From assembly GCA_963720565.1 (NCBI GenBank), contig CAVRFW010000009.1:224001-288000 (forward strand): 64,000 nt of DNA, written 5' to 3'. Each line of letters starts with the position of its first letter. Position 1 is the stretch's first letter. This document shows, in pieces, positions 54,983 through 64,000 of the stretch. The DNA comes from Candidatus Bathyarchaeota archaeon. Its GTDB lineage: Archaea; Thermoproteota; Bathyarchaeia; Bathyarchaeales; Bathycorpusculaceae. The notes under the pieces were generated by a model. That model saw nothing but the letters and a program-made list of their open reading frames with translations, searched no databases and had not been told where the DNA came from. The translations under genes were made by a program, and so were the position numbers.

Positions 54983-55198
54983 ACCTTAAACCTCATTGAT
55001 AAACAAGTACGCGAAAAACCTAAACAACGCTTTAGCCCTTAAACTTTTCCCTTAACATTTTGATAGCGCACGCTAATCCATCCCTGTAGAACCGAGAACT
55101 CGGTCAACCCCTTTTCCTTTTTCTGAGCGCACACTTTCGAACAAAAGCAGAATCAAGAACTCATGGTACCACTAGGCAGTGCGTGCTAAGTGCGGAAG

Positions 55199-58100
55199 CT
55201 AGCTTTTTTCAGCTTTAACGTATACTTCAGTATTCACTTGTTTTGCGGGGTGACCAAGAAAATCAGATAGATGACCTTTCCAAACAGGATTTGAATTAGC
55301 CGTGAATCCAACGGTTTGTGAAATTCCACGCCACAGCAAAGCTTTGTCGTAGTCTTTAGCATCCTGAGGCATAAATTCGAAAATCGACCGGCTCGCAACA
55401 ATAACCAGCTTCTTTTTCATCCGCGAAATAGCCACGTTGATTCTCTTCAAATCAAGCAGGAAATCGCTCTCGGTACGCACGTAATCAGGATCACTAACCG
55501 TGGAAGAAATAATAATCAAATCAGCTTCTCCGCCCTGAAAACGCTCAACCGTGTCAATCTTCACCTTATCGGAATAATCAGACAGCATATTCTTCAAGAC
55601 ACCCTTCTGCGCATTATGCGGCGTAATCACACCCACGCTGTCTGATTTCACATCGCGGACCAAAGCATCAACAATCGAAGCCTCAACCAGATTCGACTGA
55701 AAACTCTCCGCTTCATCATGAACAACCAAAACCAAAACATTCTCCGGATCAAGAACAACCCTCAAACCTTCTGTCTTAGGATCCGAATCAGCCAAAGTCG
55801 CCTTTTGATCGGAATGAAAATCAATCTTATCCATCTCATAAACCCACTCTTTCAAAAACTCCGCAACAACCATGTGGCAACGGTGACTCTGACACAAACG
55901 CTCCGCCGGAATATCCGCGCCAGCTACACACTTGATCCTCTCAATCCCAAGATCTTCTTTGCGTAGCAAACGCAGAAAATCCATAGCAGACAAGAAGGAC
56001 GCCATCTCTTCCAACGTCCGACGATCTTCCTTCTCCCAATTATGCGCTTGAATCGGAGGTAGCTGACGATGATCTCCCGCCACAAGAATCTGACTGCTTG
56101 CACACAGAAAAGAACCCGAGAGAATCAGCTCAGGCAAACGCATCATGCTCGCCTCATCAACCACAAGCAAATCAAAAAAGCCCTCACCCCAAGGAGGTTC
56201 AGTCCCCCCAATCTTCTTCATAAGACCATACAACCCTGGAGGAGTAACACACAACACCAAAGGAAAACTGCCCGAAACATCCGAAGTTAACGTCGTCTGA
56301 TTCATTAAACTATCCTTTAGTTCCTTAACCGCCTCTTCATCTTCGTTATAATTAACATAGGTAACTCCCTCAAGAGGTCTAACCGAAGAACTATCGTTGC
56401 TCAGAACCCGGTAGACCCTGAGACTAGCAAGGTCCTCGCCGCCCTTAGCGCAGTATTCTCGCCAGGAATCAGAAAGTTTGCTTACAAACTCGTGAATCGC
56501 CTTGTGAGTGGGGGCAACCATCAACACTCTACACCTAGAACTAGCCCTGTGGGCTGCAACATGGGCTAAAACCGCTAACTGCAAAGTCTCAGTCTTCCCC
56601 GTCCCAGGCGGCCCCTGAAGCATCACAACCTGTGCCTGTCCAAAAACGCGTTCGATGAAGCGACTCTGCTCAGGCTTAGGAGGAAAACGTTTGCCCTCAA
56701 CCCACCGCATAAAAGAATCGGCAGCATCCCTCGACAAAACGGTATGCGCAGATTTGTCTGACCTGCCTGCCAAGAAACTCTCCAACAAACAATACAACAC
56801 ATTACTGTCTGCATAATCAAGACATTTTGCAGCCCTATCCGAAATTATATCATCCGCCAACTCATCCAAAATATAGCATCGCCCAGCCTCAAAAAGCTGG
56901 AGATACCTGCTCTTAGCCTTCTCAGGATCAGAAGTCGGAAGATTATGCCAAGCACTATACTTGCGACCCTTGCCACTTGGCCAACTCACCACCTTCACAG
57001 TCAACTCTAGCTTTCGCACATCAATCTTGTCAACAATAACGCGGGCTGACTTCTCAATCTCAGAAGGCGAACGCTTCTGAACTTCCTCAAACTGTCCCTG
57101 CTCGTTGCGCCGCACCTCAGTCGCAACCATCCAATCACCCGAACTCGAACCGTCAGACCCCTTAATCCTGCAAGCATTGGCCGCACAATCCGCCTTAGGC
57201 AGACCAATGCCCTCATAAACTAGTTTACCGCGAACCACAAACTCCCGCTCGCTTTCCAATACATCAGTGCACTCGAAAATTAAAGACCGCCCCGAAACAA
57301 CACGCTGATACGGTAACAAAGCATAATGCTGATACAACTCTTGACGTTTTGCAAAATATTCCAGATCCAAAAACTCTCTACAACTTCGTTCTAAAGTTAC
57401 AGGACCCAACGAAAACTCCGTTATCTTCGGAACCGCAATCGGCTTCTTGCCCAACCGCCTATTCCGAATCGACAACGACCGCTCAATGTGCTCAAGAACC
57501 AAACAAAGTTTCGCACCCATAAGCGTGAGCTCTTCATCGCTGATTCGCCTAGTCTTGTGCGGATAATCACACCACATGCGCTTCTCCAGGAAGATTCGAG
57601 CATAACCCTTCTCGTCACGGTTTTCTAGGCGACCCTTAGCTCCCCACACGTACTCAATCGGAATTTGATCCCCAAATCGAGCCCGAGCAGGATAATACCC
57701 CTCACTGCGTCTGGATTCATCATATCCAAGAAGAAAAGACATTGAACCGTCGCGATTGTGAACGTAAGGAAGAGAATAACTAAAAAAACCATCGCGAAAA
57801 ACCGAATGCAAATCCACTGTTGATCCGTCTCGGCGCCTAACAATCCACTGATTACGGTCAAAAAGACCGGATTGCTCCAGAACAGGCAAAAGCCCCGAAC
57901 TGTGAAACCTAAGAGCCTTCCGATGCACAACTTCATCTTGAATAATCGAAAACATCGGCTGATCAATCGCTTCCCTAAGACCCAAAAGATCCCTCACCGC
58001 ATGTGCACTCATCAAAGAGGGTTGCCGACGAACCGCATCCATCAGAACGTCCCGTTCACGCCGAGTAAAGAAATAAAGATGAATCGGCGCCTCATCTGGG

Positions 58101-59551
58101 CTTCCCACCTCATTGGCTATCTTTGTCACTGCATTATTAACCTCTTGGAAAAAAGCTTCCAGCAGCTTCCTCTCTTCCTCCAATCCTTCTTCGTGCTCAT
58201 CTGGAAGACTCCCGATTATTCGAGAAACACTCAAAGACTCTCCATGGTAACGAGTGCAACTCACTCTGGCGCTGACCATGGAAATAATATCCAACATGTA
58301 GTCCCATTCAACATAAAGATAAACTCGGATCATGCCGTCAGGCCTAAACGAAAGCGCTGAATTCTCCCCCGGTGACGGGCTATCCTCGGGAAGACTGCCA
58401 AACCCGGTGCCAGTTAGCCACGGCATCCACCTGCCCTTCATCGCAAAAGAACTATTGGGCCGAATTCCTCCCAACATGAACTGAGCCCGCTCAACCAACC
58501 AATCAAGCTTGGAACCCACAACAGGATCAGCAGCCAACAGACTGACTCTGTCAAAATCCACAGCAGGTAGACCCTTGAAATCATACGGCCGCAAGCTACC
58601 CGCATCTGGAACAACCTTCAATCTTCCTAGATCCTCAAGACGTTCAACTCCATGATTCCGAAGCGCATTCTGCTCTCCCCTGCTCAAATTAAGCAGCGAA
58701 ATGCTTTCGCTCTCAATAGCGGTAACTATACAGCACTCATTGAAACCGCAATTGTCACAACGCCAGCAAAGCTGATACTCTACTTCGGATAAAGGGCTCT
58801 GATGGATACGCTGTAGCTCGCCGTTTTTTCCGAGAAGCCGCTCAACATCCTGAACCAAGGGGTTGAGCTTAAACTGCGGAAGAACGCTTGGATCAAGATT
58901 CTCCAAATCCGTCTCCTTATTTATCACTCCACCTTCAAACTCAACCTTCGTAGCAAGGCTTCCCAACCCCTGAGAAAGAAGCAACATGTAAATTGCCACC
59001 TGAATACGATGCGCTGTCTGCTCCTTCCAAGAGGCTTTTAATTCAAAGATCCTTACCTTCACTTTGCCCGCCTTGAAAGGCCAAACGGCAATCAAGTCGG
59101 CAATCCCGACAATATCCCAAACACCGATATGCCCTTTCATAGGCACCTGATAGAGTAAAACAGGCTTACAATCAACATTCTCTACTGCAGAAATCTGATT
59201 CTTGATAGTCTCCTGCAAAACATGCAAAGAGTCTTCCCAAGCTTTTTGCCAACCCACAACTCGAGGATTATAGGCACTGAAATCAACATAACTGGCAGCC
59301 TTCTCTTTCAGCTCACTAACCTTTTTTTCCTCAAGCATTTTTCCCGCGCCATAAAGCAGAGGGCTAATCGGCTTAAACGCCTCAATCCACCTGCGTCTTC
59401 TTTCCTCATGACCCTCATACTTCAGCTTGAAAAAACGCGGACAACAATTGAAGCGAATATACTCCGCTATTCCCGAGGCAGATAATGCGGGCAAACCGTC
59501 AGACCGCATTCCTTCATCCGACAACTCTTCAAAGAAGTCATTTGTACCCAA
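55199..59551 (-). CDS. Large PD-(D/E)XK (RecB/Cas4-like) nuclease - superfamily 1 (Dna2/Upf1-like) helicase fusion
   Basis: SAS...CCPR, G.ADL, ELKAS, Q...Y, C..C..C.....C; helicase motifs QGPPGTGKT, DEAS, GDHRQLPPI, ITPHNAQ, TVERFQG.E, NVAISR. Confidence 0.88.
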   Translation of the reverse strand: MGTNDFFEELSDEGMRSDGLPALSASGIAEYIRFNCCPRFFKLKYEGHEERRRRWIEAFKPISPLLYGAGKMLEEKKVSELKEKAASYVDFSAYNPRVVGWQKAWEDSLHVLQETIKNQISAVENVDCKPVLLYQVPMKGHIGVWDIVGIADLIAVWPFKAGKVKVRIFELKASWKEQTAHRIQVAIYMLLLSQGLGSLATKVEFEGGVINKETDLENLDPSVLPQFKLNPLVQDVERLLGKNGELQRIHQSPLSEVEYQLCWRCDNCGFNECCIVTAIESESISLLNLSRGEQNALRNHGVERLEDLGRLKVVPDAGSLRPYDFKGLPAVDFDRVSLLAADPVVGSKLDWLVERAQFMLGGIRPNSSFAMKGRWMPWLTGTGFGSLPEDSPSPGENSALSFRPDGMIRVYLYVEWDYMLDIISMVSARVSCTRYHGESLSVSRIIGSLPDEHEEGLEEERKLLEAFFQEVNNAVTKIANEVGSPDEAPIHLYFFTRRERDVLMDAVRRQPSLMSAHAVRDLLGLREAIDQPMFSIIQDEVVHRKALRFHSSGLLPVLEQSGLFDRNQWIVRRRDGSTVDLHSVFRDGFFSYSLPYVHNRDGSMSFLLGYDESRRSEGYYPARARFGDQIPIEYVWGAKGRLENRDEKGYARIFLEKRMWCDYPHKTRRISDEELTLMGAKLCLVLEHIERSLSIRNRRLGKKPIAVPKITEFSLGPVTLERSCREFLDLEYFAKRQELYQHYALLPYQRVVSGRSLIFECTDVLESEREFVVRGKLVYEGIGLPKADCAANACRIKGSDGSSSGDWMVATEVRRNEQGQFEEVQKRSPSEIEKSARVIVDKIDVRKLELTVKVVSWPSGKGRKYSAWHNLPTSDPEKAKSRYLQLFEAGRCYILDELADDIISDRAAKCLDYADSNVLYCLLESFLAGRSDKSAHTVLSRDAADSFMRWVEGKRFPPKPEQSRFIERVFGQAQVVMLQGPPGTGKTETLQLAVLAHVAAHRASSRCRVLMVAPTHKAIHEFVSKLSDSWREYCAKGGEDLASLRVYRVLSNDSSSVRPLEGVTYVNYNEDEEAVKELKDSLMNQTTLTSDVSGSFPLVLCVTPPGLYGLMKKIGGTEPPWGEGFFDLLVVDEASMMRLPELILSGSFLCASSQILVAGDHRQLPPIQAHNWEKEDRRTLEEMASFLSAMDFLRLLRKEDLGIERIKCVAGADIPAERLCQSHRCHMVVAEFLKEWVYEMDKIDFHSDQKATLADSDPKTEGLRVVLDPENVLVLVVHDEAESFQSNLVEASIVDALVRDVKSDSVGVITPHNAQKGVLKNMLSDYSDKVKIDTVERFQGGEADLIIISSTVSDPDYVRTESDFLLDLKRINVAISRMKKKLVIVASRSIFEFMPQDAKDYDKALLWRGISQTVGFTANSNPVWKGHLSDFLGHPAKQVNTEVYVKAEKS

Positions 59552-59932
59552 CCAAACGGTCGCCCCTTATCTTCATGTCCTCTCAAATCTTAACCATACG
59601 TACCCACAACCAAACTTAAAGAGGTTCCCAAAAACAAAACGCCCGTCTCCACTTTTCCCAATTCTCAGAAACCTGCTGCTTCCACTATCATCACACCTTT
59701 TCTTGGGAATTAAGCAATTAGTAAAGAGACAGTTTTGTCCTCACACTCTGCAGGCTCGGTGAAAATTAGTCAAGATTAATCATTTTGTGGTTCTATCAAT
59801 CTTTGTTTTGGCAATTGCTAATGGTTGCTTTGCTAGTTTGGTTTGAGTTCTAACTAGAAGCCTAACACTAACATTGTAACCGTTAAATATTGGAAACCAT
59901 AACTGAAGCGCGTCAACAGTAGGGCGAAACAA

Positions 59933-61141
59933 TTGAAGTACATCAGCAACTCCCTGTCGCAGGAATCATCCGTGTTTCTAAACTTGGTCCGGTTTGTCGC
60001 CTGCGAAATGGTTGTTGTCTGCCACTTGTTAACGAAGTATCAACCCGCGATTGGCCAGGCATCATTCAGGCTGGGCAGCACACTGGGCGGAGTAGCGGTG
60101 CTATTGTTTTTCATCCTTTCTGGACTGCTGATCTGCTACTCATTGTTGAACAAACTGGGGAATCCGATGTATCGGTTCAGGAATTTCTTCGTTGACAGGT
60201 TCAGCCGCATATATTCTGGACTGGTTCCAGCACTGCTAATTGGAGCATTTTTTTCTGCCTTAATTTACATCACCAACTACGAGTATTACGTTTACCTGTG
60301 CTCGATGCAGTCTGCGCCTTCCCTGTTGACTTTCTTAATGACCTTGGGCATGTTGCAGCGGTTTCCAGTTGCCTTCTTCAATTCTCTCCTCTCGCCGCTT
60401 AGGCTATCGTTTCCATTGCCCAGCGTCACACCCTTCGGATTTAACGGCATCTTGTGGACGCTAGCCGTTGAATGGTGGATCTACATGGCTTTCGGATGGT
60501 TCGTCATCGGATCACTGGCGTTATTGGGCAAACGCCAAAGAAGCAATGCCTACAAAGTCGTATTCTTTATCGTCGCGGCTGCTCTGAGTCTATTAATTGC
60601 AGGATTTTCTCAGGAATTTGGAAGTTCCATCATCGTCTGGTTTATCGGCGCATTGATGACGCTGGCAATCAGCAGCGAGACCCTCAGATCCAAACTCTCA
60701 GGTCGCCTAGCAACAAGAGTATCGGCTTTGCTTTTCGTTCTGGCTATTGTAGGCGCGACTTTCGGCGCTTACGCAGCGTTTGCCTGGACAAGCCAATACT
60801 ACGATGTTTTCTTAGGATTGGAGTTATCGGCGTTTGTTTTCTTCGGCGTATTACTTCTAAATGGAAAAGGAATCGGACGCGTATCAAAATGCATATTGAA
60901 TAAGCATATCGTCAAATGGGTCACAGTCGGAGCAGGCTTCTCATACACCCTATTCTTGACACATTATCCGATAATCATATTTCTCAACGGTTTGAATCTG
61001 CCAATAGATCGGCTTCTAATGTCGCTGCTATTACTGCTGATTACGAATTTCGCAGCATTCTCAATTGCCTATTTCACTGAAAAAAGACACAAAAATCTAG
61101 CCATAACAATCAAGAGATTATTTCGCATGCAACAGAGCTAG
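59933..61141 (+). CDS. Acyltransferase family 3 (OafA-like) membrane O-acyltransferase
   Basis: LN..R..A...VV..H, V.LFFILSG, F...RF.RIY, LWTL.VEW..Y, SY.L.L.HYP, Y..E. Confidence 0.9.
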   Translation: MKYISNSLSQESSVFLNLVRFVACEMVVVCHLLTKYQPAIGQASFRLGSTLGGVAVLLFFILSGLLICYSLLNKLGNPMYRFRNFFVDRFSRIYSGLVPALLIGAFFSALIYITNYEYYVYLCSMQSAPSLLTFLMTLGMLQRFPVAFFNSLLSPLRLSFPLPSVTPFGFNGILWTLAVEWWIYMAFGWFVIGSLALLGKRQRSNAYKVVFFIVAAALSLLIAGFSQEFGSSIIVWFIGALMTLAISSETLRSKLSGRLATRVSALLFVLAIVGATFGAYAAFAWTSQYYDVFLGLELSAFVFFGVLLLNGKGIGRVSKCILNKHIVKWVTVGAGFSYTLFLTHYPIIIFLNGLNLPIDRLLMSLLLLLITNFAAFSIAYFTEKRHKNLAITIKRLFRMQQS

Positions 61142-61256
61142 GTAAAACATCTAACTCTTCAGCTCTTGGCAAAACTAAATCCGCATGTTTCAAAAACGAT
61201 AGTAAGGCGACTATAGCAACCAAATGATAAGAAATACTTTGTTGCTCAGAGAAAGA

Positions 61257-61754
61257 TTAGTCTGCTTCGGCTAGGTAGACCTTGACGTTGCCGTCCTTGT
61301 CTTTTGCGGCGCGTACGCGAATTTTCCTTGGCGGTTTCTCTATGCCGTGGCTCCAGACTTTCTCGTTAACTTCCTTGCTTAGAACGAGCGTGGGCATTTC
61401 TCCTTCTTCCTCTTCTTCCACACGCATTTCCAATTTCATGTGTTTAGTTATGAAGTCTCTAATCATGTGCATGGCGCGGGGAGCTCTCTTCTTCGGAGGG
61501 CGAATCCAAGCTTTAGCCAACGGGATTGTGTAGATTCGCTCTTCAACAATGTCTTCTTCCTCGCCTTTCTTTTTCTTCTCTGGCTTTTTCGTTTCCTCTT
61601 CTTTCACTGGGGCTTCGGCGTCTTCTGTTTCAGCAGCTTCTTCCGTTGTTTCTTCGTCTAGGAGCTCTTCAACTTCTTGCTCGACATCTTCTTGTTCGGT
61701 CAACCCTGCTTCTTTTTCGTCAGTGATTTCTTCAGGCACTTGTTTGTCTTTCAC
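61257..61754 (-). CDS. rpl31e: 50S ribosomal protein L31e with acidic N-terminal extension
   Basis: ERIYTIPL, KRAPRA, KHMK, VN..VW..GI..PP.KIRV. Confidence 0.95.
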   Translation of the reverse strand: MKDKQVPEEITDEKEAGLTEQEDVEQEVEELLDEETTEEAAETEDAEAPVKEEETKKPEKKKKGEEEDIVEERIYTIPLAKAWIRPPKKRAPRAMHMIRDFITKHMKLEMRVEEEEEGEMPTLVLSKEVNEKVWSHGIEKPPRKIRVRAAKDKDGNVKVYLAEAD

Positions 61755-61767
61755 AGTTCCAATTCTC

Positions 61768-61926
61768 CTATGGCTTTATGCTTCCCCGTCTCCAGTTTCT
61801 CTGTCGCTTAGGGTTTGTCCTGACTTTTCCACCTGTCCGCGCTATTACCCAAGTTGGAACGGACTTCTTCTCCTTGTTAGCTTTAGATAATCTTCGTTTT
61901 TTAGCTGGAGGTTTAACTCTTGCCAT
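61768..61926 (-). CDS. rpl39e: 50S ribosomal protein L39e (52 aa, absent from the ORF track)
   Basis: My translation [52 protein letters not shown]; lies between the PDCD5-like gene and rpl31e. Confidence 0.95.
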   Translation of the reverse strand: MARVKPPAKKRRLSKANKEKKSVPTWVIARTGGKVRTNPKRQRNWRRGSIKP

Positions 61927-61928
61927 CT

Positions 61929-62258
61929 CTATATCCTTCTTATCGTTATGTCTCTTTTTCTAGATTGAAGTTGGAGGAGTATCTGTTTCAGCTGAGCATC
62001 TGAAAGAGGTATGGGCAGTTTACCCGCCTGCGCCAACTGTATTAGCTGAAGTTCAATCTGCTCAGTGAATTCCGGCTTAACCATGTTAAGGTTTGTCAGT
62101 CTCTGTCTAGCTTCAGGCGAAAGTATCTGTTTCAGCAAAGCCTGTTTCTGAGCTTCAACCTGTTGCGCTTCCTGAGACTGCCTCTGCTCGTCAGTCGCTC
62201 TTTGCTGATAGGACGACATCTTCCTTTTTCGGATAGCGTCAAGCTCATCATCTGACAT
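61929..62258 (-). CDS. PDCD5-family dsDNA-binding protein
   Basis: DEL..IR, IL.PEAR.RL......KPE....E.QLIQLAQ.G, I.R. Confidence 0.93.
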   Translation of the reverse strand: MSDDELDAIRKRKMSSYQQRATDEQRQSQEAQQVEAQKQALLKQILSPEARQRLTNLNMVKPEFTEQIELQLIQLAQAGKLPIPLSDAQLKQILLQLQSRKRDITIRRI

Positions 62259-62261
62259 CGC

Positions 62262-62726
62262 TTATTCGCCTTGATACTTCTTGAGCTCAGGAGTCGTCTT
62301 GACCAGTTCTTTATGCAGGTCATCAGCTACTTCCTGCAAAAGTTTCCGCCCTTTCGGAGCCATAATTCTTCCCTTAGTACCTGCTTTTGCGACCAAGCCC
62401 GCTGCTTCAAGCTGCTGCAAACACTTCCGGATGTTGCCTCCACCCGCTTTCGAAGCATGGTTAGGCGTTACTGAGAACCCTTTTCTTCCGCCATAATCAG
62501 ACCGCAGTTTCTCAAGCCCTATGGGACCATGAACGTAAACCTTGCGAAGTATCGACGCAGAGCGCGTATACCACCAATACGGGTTCTGCGGCTGTTTTTC
62601 CACATGAGATCCTGTCTTAGCCACTGACGCCCATGCAGGCGGCTGAACCTCATCCACGTTTTCCTTCAGATACTTGGCTAGTCTATCGATGAATTTGGAT
62701 GCTGGAACATTATGAGGATTCGTCAA
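62262..62726 (-). CDS. rps19e: 30S ribosomal protein S19e
   Basis: P.W...KTG, WWY.R.ASILRK.Y..GP.G, YGG, IR..LQQLE..GLV. Confidence 0.97.
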   Translation of the reverse strand: MTNPHNVPASKFIDRLAKYLKENVDEVQPPAWASVAKTGSHVEKQPQNPYWWYTRSASILRKVYVHGPIGLEKLRSDYGGRKGFSVTPNHASKAGGGNIRKCLQQLEAAGLVAKAGTKGRIMAPKGRKLLQEVADDLHKELVKTTPELKKYQGE

Positions 62727-62898
62727 GATGCCTTGTTCCTTTTGGTTTTCCTTGCAGTAAAATCAATAAGCCTAATATAAATATTCTCTGGAGCGTCCTG
62801 ACACTTCACAAGCCCGTACACCCGCAAACGCGAAACGAAAACGTTAAGGCTAAACGTAATGCTGGCTATCATTCAATGGTGCCGGAGTGGCACTCTTT

Positions 62899-63204
62899 TC
62901 AGGATGTTTCCGGTTGGGGTTTTTTGTGTCGTCGATAGAGAATGAAAACGTGTCCTCTGAGCTCTACCAGCGCCGCGTGAGTCTGCTCAGCCGCCTTCTT
63001 CGCGATGCTTTCGGCGGTATCAGTCTGCAGTGCGCTCGGCAGGATTCTTATCTTAATCATTTTGGTCTTTGAGAGTTGATTCTCAATCTCACCCGATAGT
63101 TGAGGGGTAAAACCTTCTTTTCCAACCCACACGGTGGGCTTTTCGTCTTTCAACACGTGTCTAACGTGGCGTTTCATTCTGGTAGTTATTTTGCTCAATT
63201 CCAA
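62899..63204 (-). CDS. YhbY/CRM-domain RNA-binding protein
   Basis: P.VWVGK.G, EI..QL......K..I, V..RG..F.LY. Confidence 0.88.
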   Translation of the reverse strand: MELSKITTRMKRHVRHVLKDEKPTVWVGKEGFTPQLSGEIENQLSKTKMIKIRILPSALQTDTAESIAKKAAEQTHAALVELRGHVFILYRRHKKPQPETS

Positions 63205-63517
63205 GTTTCTCCTTTTTCTTTCTCAATACTATTCGCGTTTGGCAGCCGCAGTTCAGGCAGGTCGTCACTACATGAGGCTCTCTTCTCTGATTTATCCGCA
63301 CACGGCAATTCTCACCATGAACGAGCAGAGTATTGCAGTTCTTGCAGATTTGACGTCTGTAATCCCGTGGTAAGCGCAATCTCGCGGACATAGCGATTTT
63401 TCTAGCGGTTTCTATGTATCGGCTTGACAACTTAGGATTGGAACCATGGATTTCTCTTGCTTGTTGGAATAAAACTTGTATGCGCTGCCTAGCTATTTGC
63501 CGTATATTATCCTTCAT
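63161..63517 (-). CDS. rnp4: Ribonuclease P protein subunit Rpp21
   Basis: IA.QRI..L, RY...A..I, CKNC...L..G...RVR, C..CG zinc ribbon. Confidence 0.93.
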   Translation of the reverse strand: MKDNIRQIARQRIQVLFQQAREIHGSNPKLSSRYIETARKIAMSARLRLPRDYRRQICKNCNTLLVHGENCRVRINQRREPHVVTTCLNCGCQTRIVLRKKKEKLGIEQNNYQNETPR

Positions 63518-63645
63518 TCTTTAAATCGTGCCTCAAGCATCGGTACCATTTCGCGAACATCATAGTGTAAGGTTTTACTATTCATAATGCTTTTGTTTCC
63601 AATTCACAATTCTCGACTCAACTGTTCCACAAAATCCAAACTGGC

Positions 63646-64000
63646 TTAACCGAAAAGGCCTGTGCTTAGGTATTTGAAGCCATGGTCTCCGAAAACAGTC
63701 ACGATCAATCCTTCATCTATCGTTCTTGCTTTCTGAATGGCGCCCCACATGGCAGACCCTGAAGAAATGCCAACGAAAAGCCCTTCCATAAGTAAAAGAT
63801 TGCGGGCTGTATCGTAGGCATCTTTGTCCTCAACCTTAATCATTTCGTCGAGTTCGTAATGCTTACAGATCTCTGGGCAGAATTCATGCTGATTGACAAG
63901 CCCTTGTTGATTGCTTTCAGCACTGGAAGGTTCAACGCCTATTATCTTGATATCCTTGTTGAAGGTTCTCAGTTTTCTACCTACACCCATTATCGTTCCC
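63646..64000 (-). CDS. Cysteine synthase family PLP enzyme (3' part; runs off the window)
   Basis: GT..GVG..L, GVEP, EGL.VG.SSG, D.G.KYLS. Confidence 0.88.
   Translation of the reverse strand, partial: GTIMGVGRKLRTFNKDIKIIGVEPSSAESNQQGLVNQHEFCPEICKHYELDEMIKVEDKDAYDTARNLLLMEGLFVGISSGSAMWGAIQKARTIDEGLIVTVFGDHGFKYLSTGLFG

Overview
Archaeal chromosomal window, most likely Bathyarchaeia/TACK (inferred from the 16S sequence and the gene complement). It is mostly housekeeping genes: gap-pgk, an smc-scpA-scpB condensin operon, an archaeal-type mevalonate/isoprenoid operon (mvk, ubiD-like, acnX large and small, ipk, fni, GGPP synthase) followed by gltX and srp19, moaBC, an Orc1-2-like cdc6, a tpi/DUF89/debranching-enzyme/galT sugar cluster, egsA, psmB-aCPSF1, sepF, an unlinked 16S rRNA gene with a canonical bulge-helix-bulge processing stem, rpl12, glyS, endA, lipid genes, a ModE-linked tungstate ABC transporter and ribosomal-protein genes. 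Three signals stand out. (1) A stand-alone 184-aa Rpo5 appears to carry the eukaryote-type RPB5 N-terminal 'jaw' domain. (2) A 1450-aa Fe-S PD-(D/E)XK nuclease + SF1 helicase fusion sits in an accessory block that interrupts a conserved ribosomal gene string. (3) A strong G+T versus A+C strand bias, independent of gene orientation, flips near 55.1 kb. Six single-base insertions in four genes look like sequencing errors. I found no tRNA, CRISPR array or transposase. All family assignments come from motif recognition; no database searches were run.
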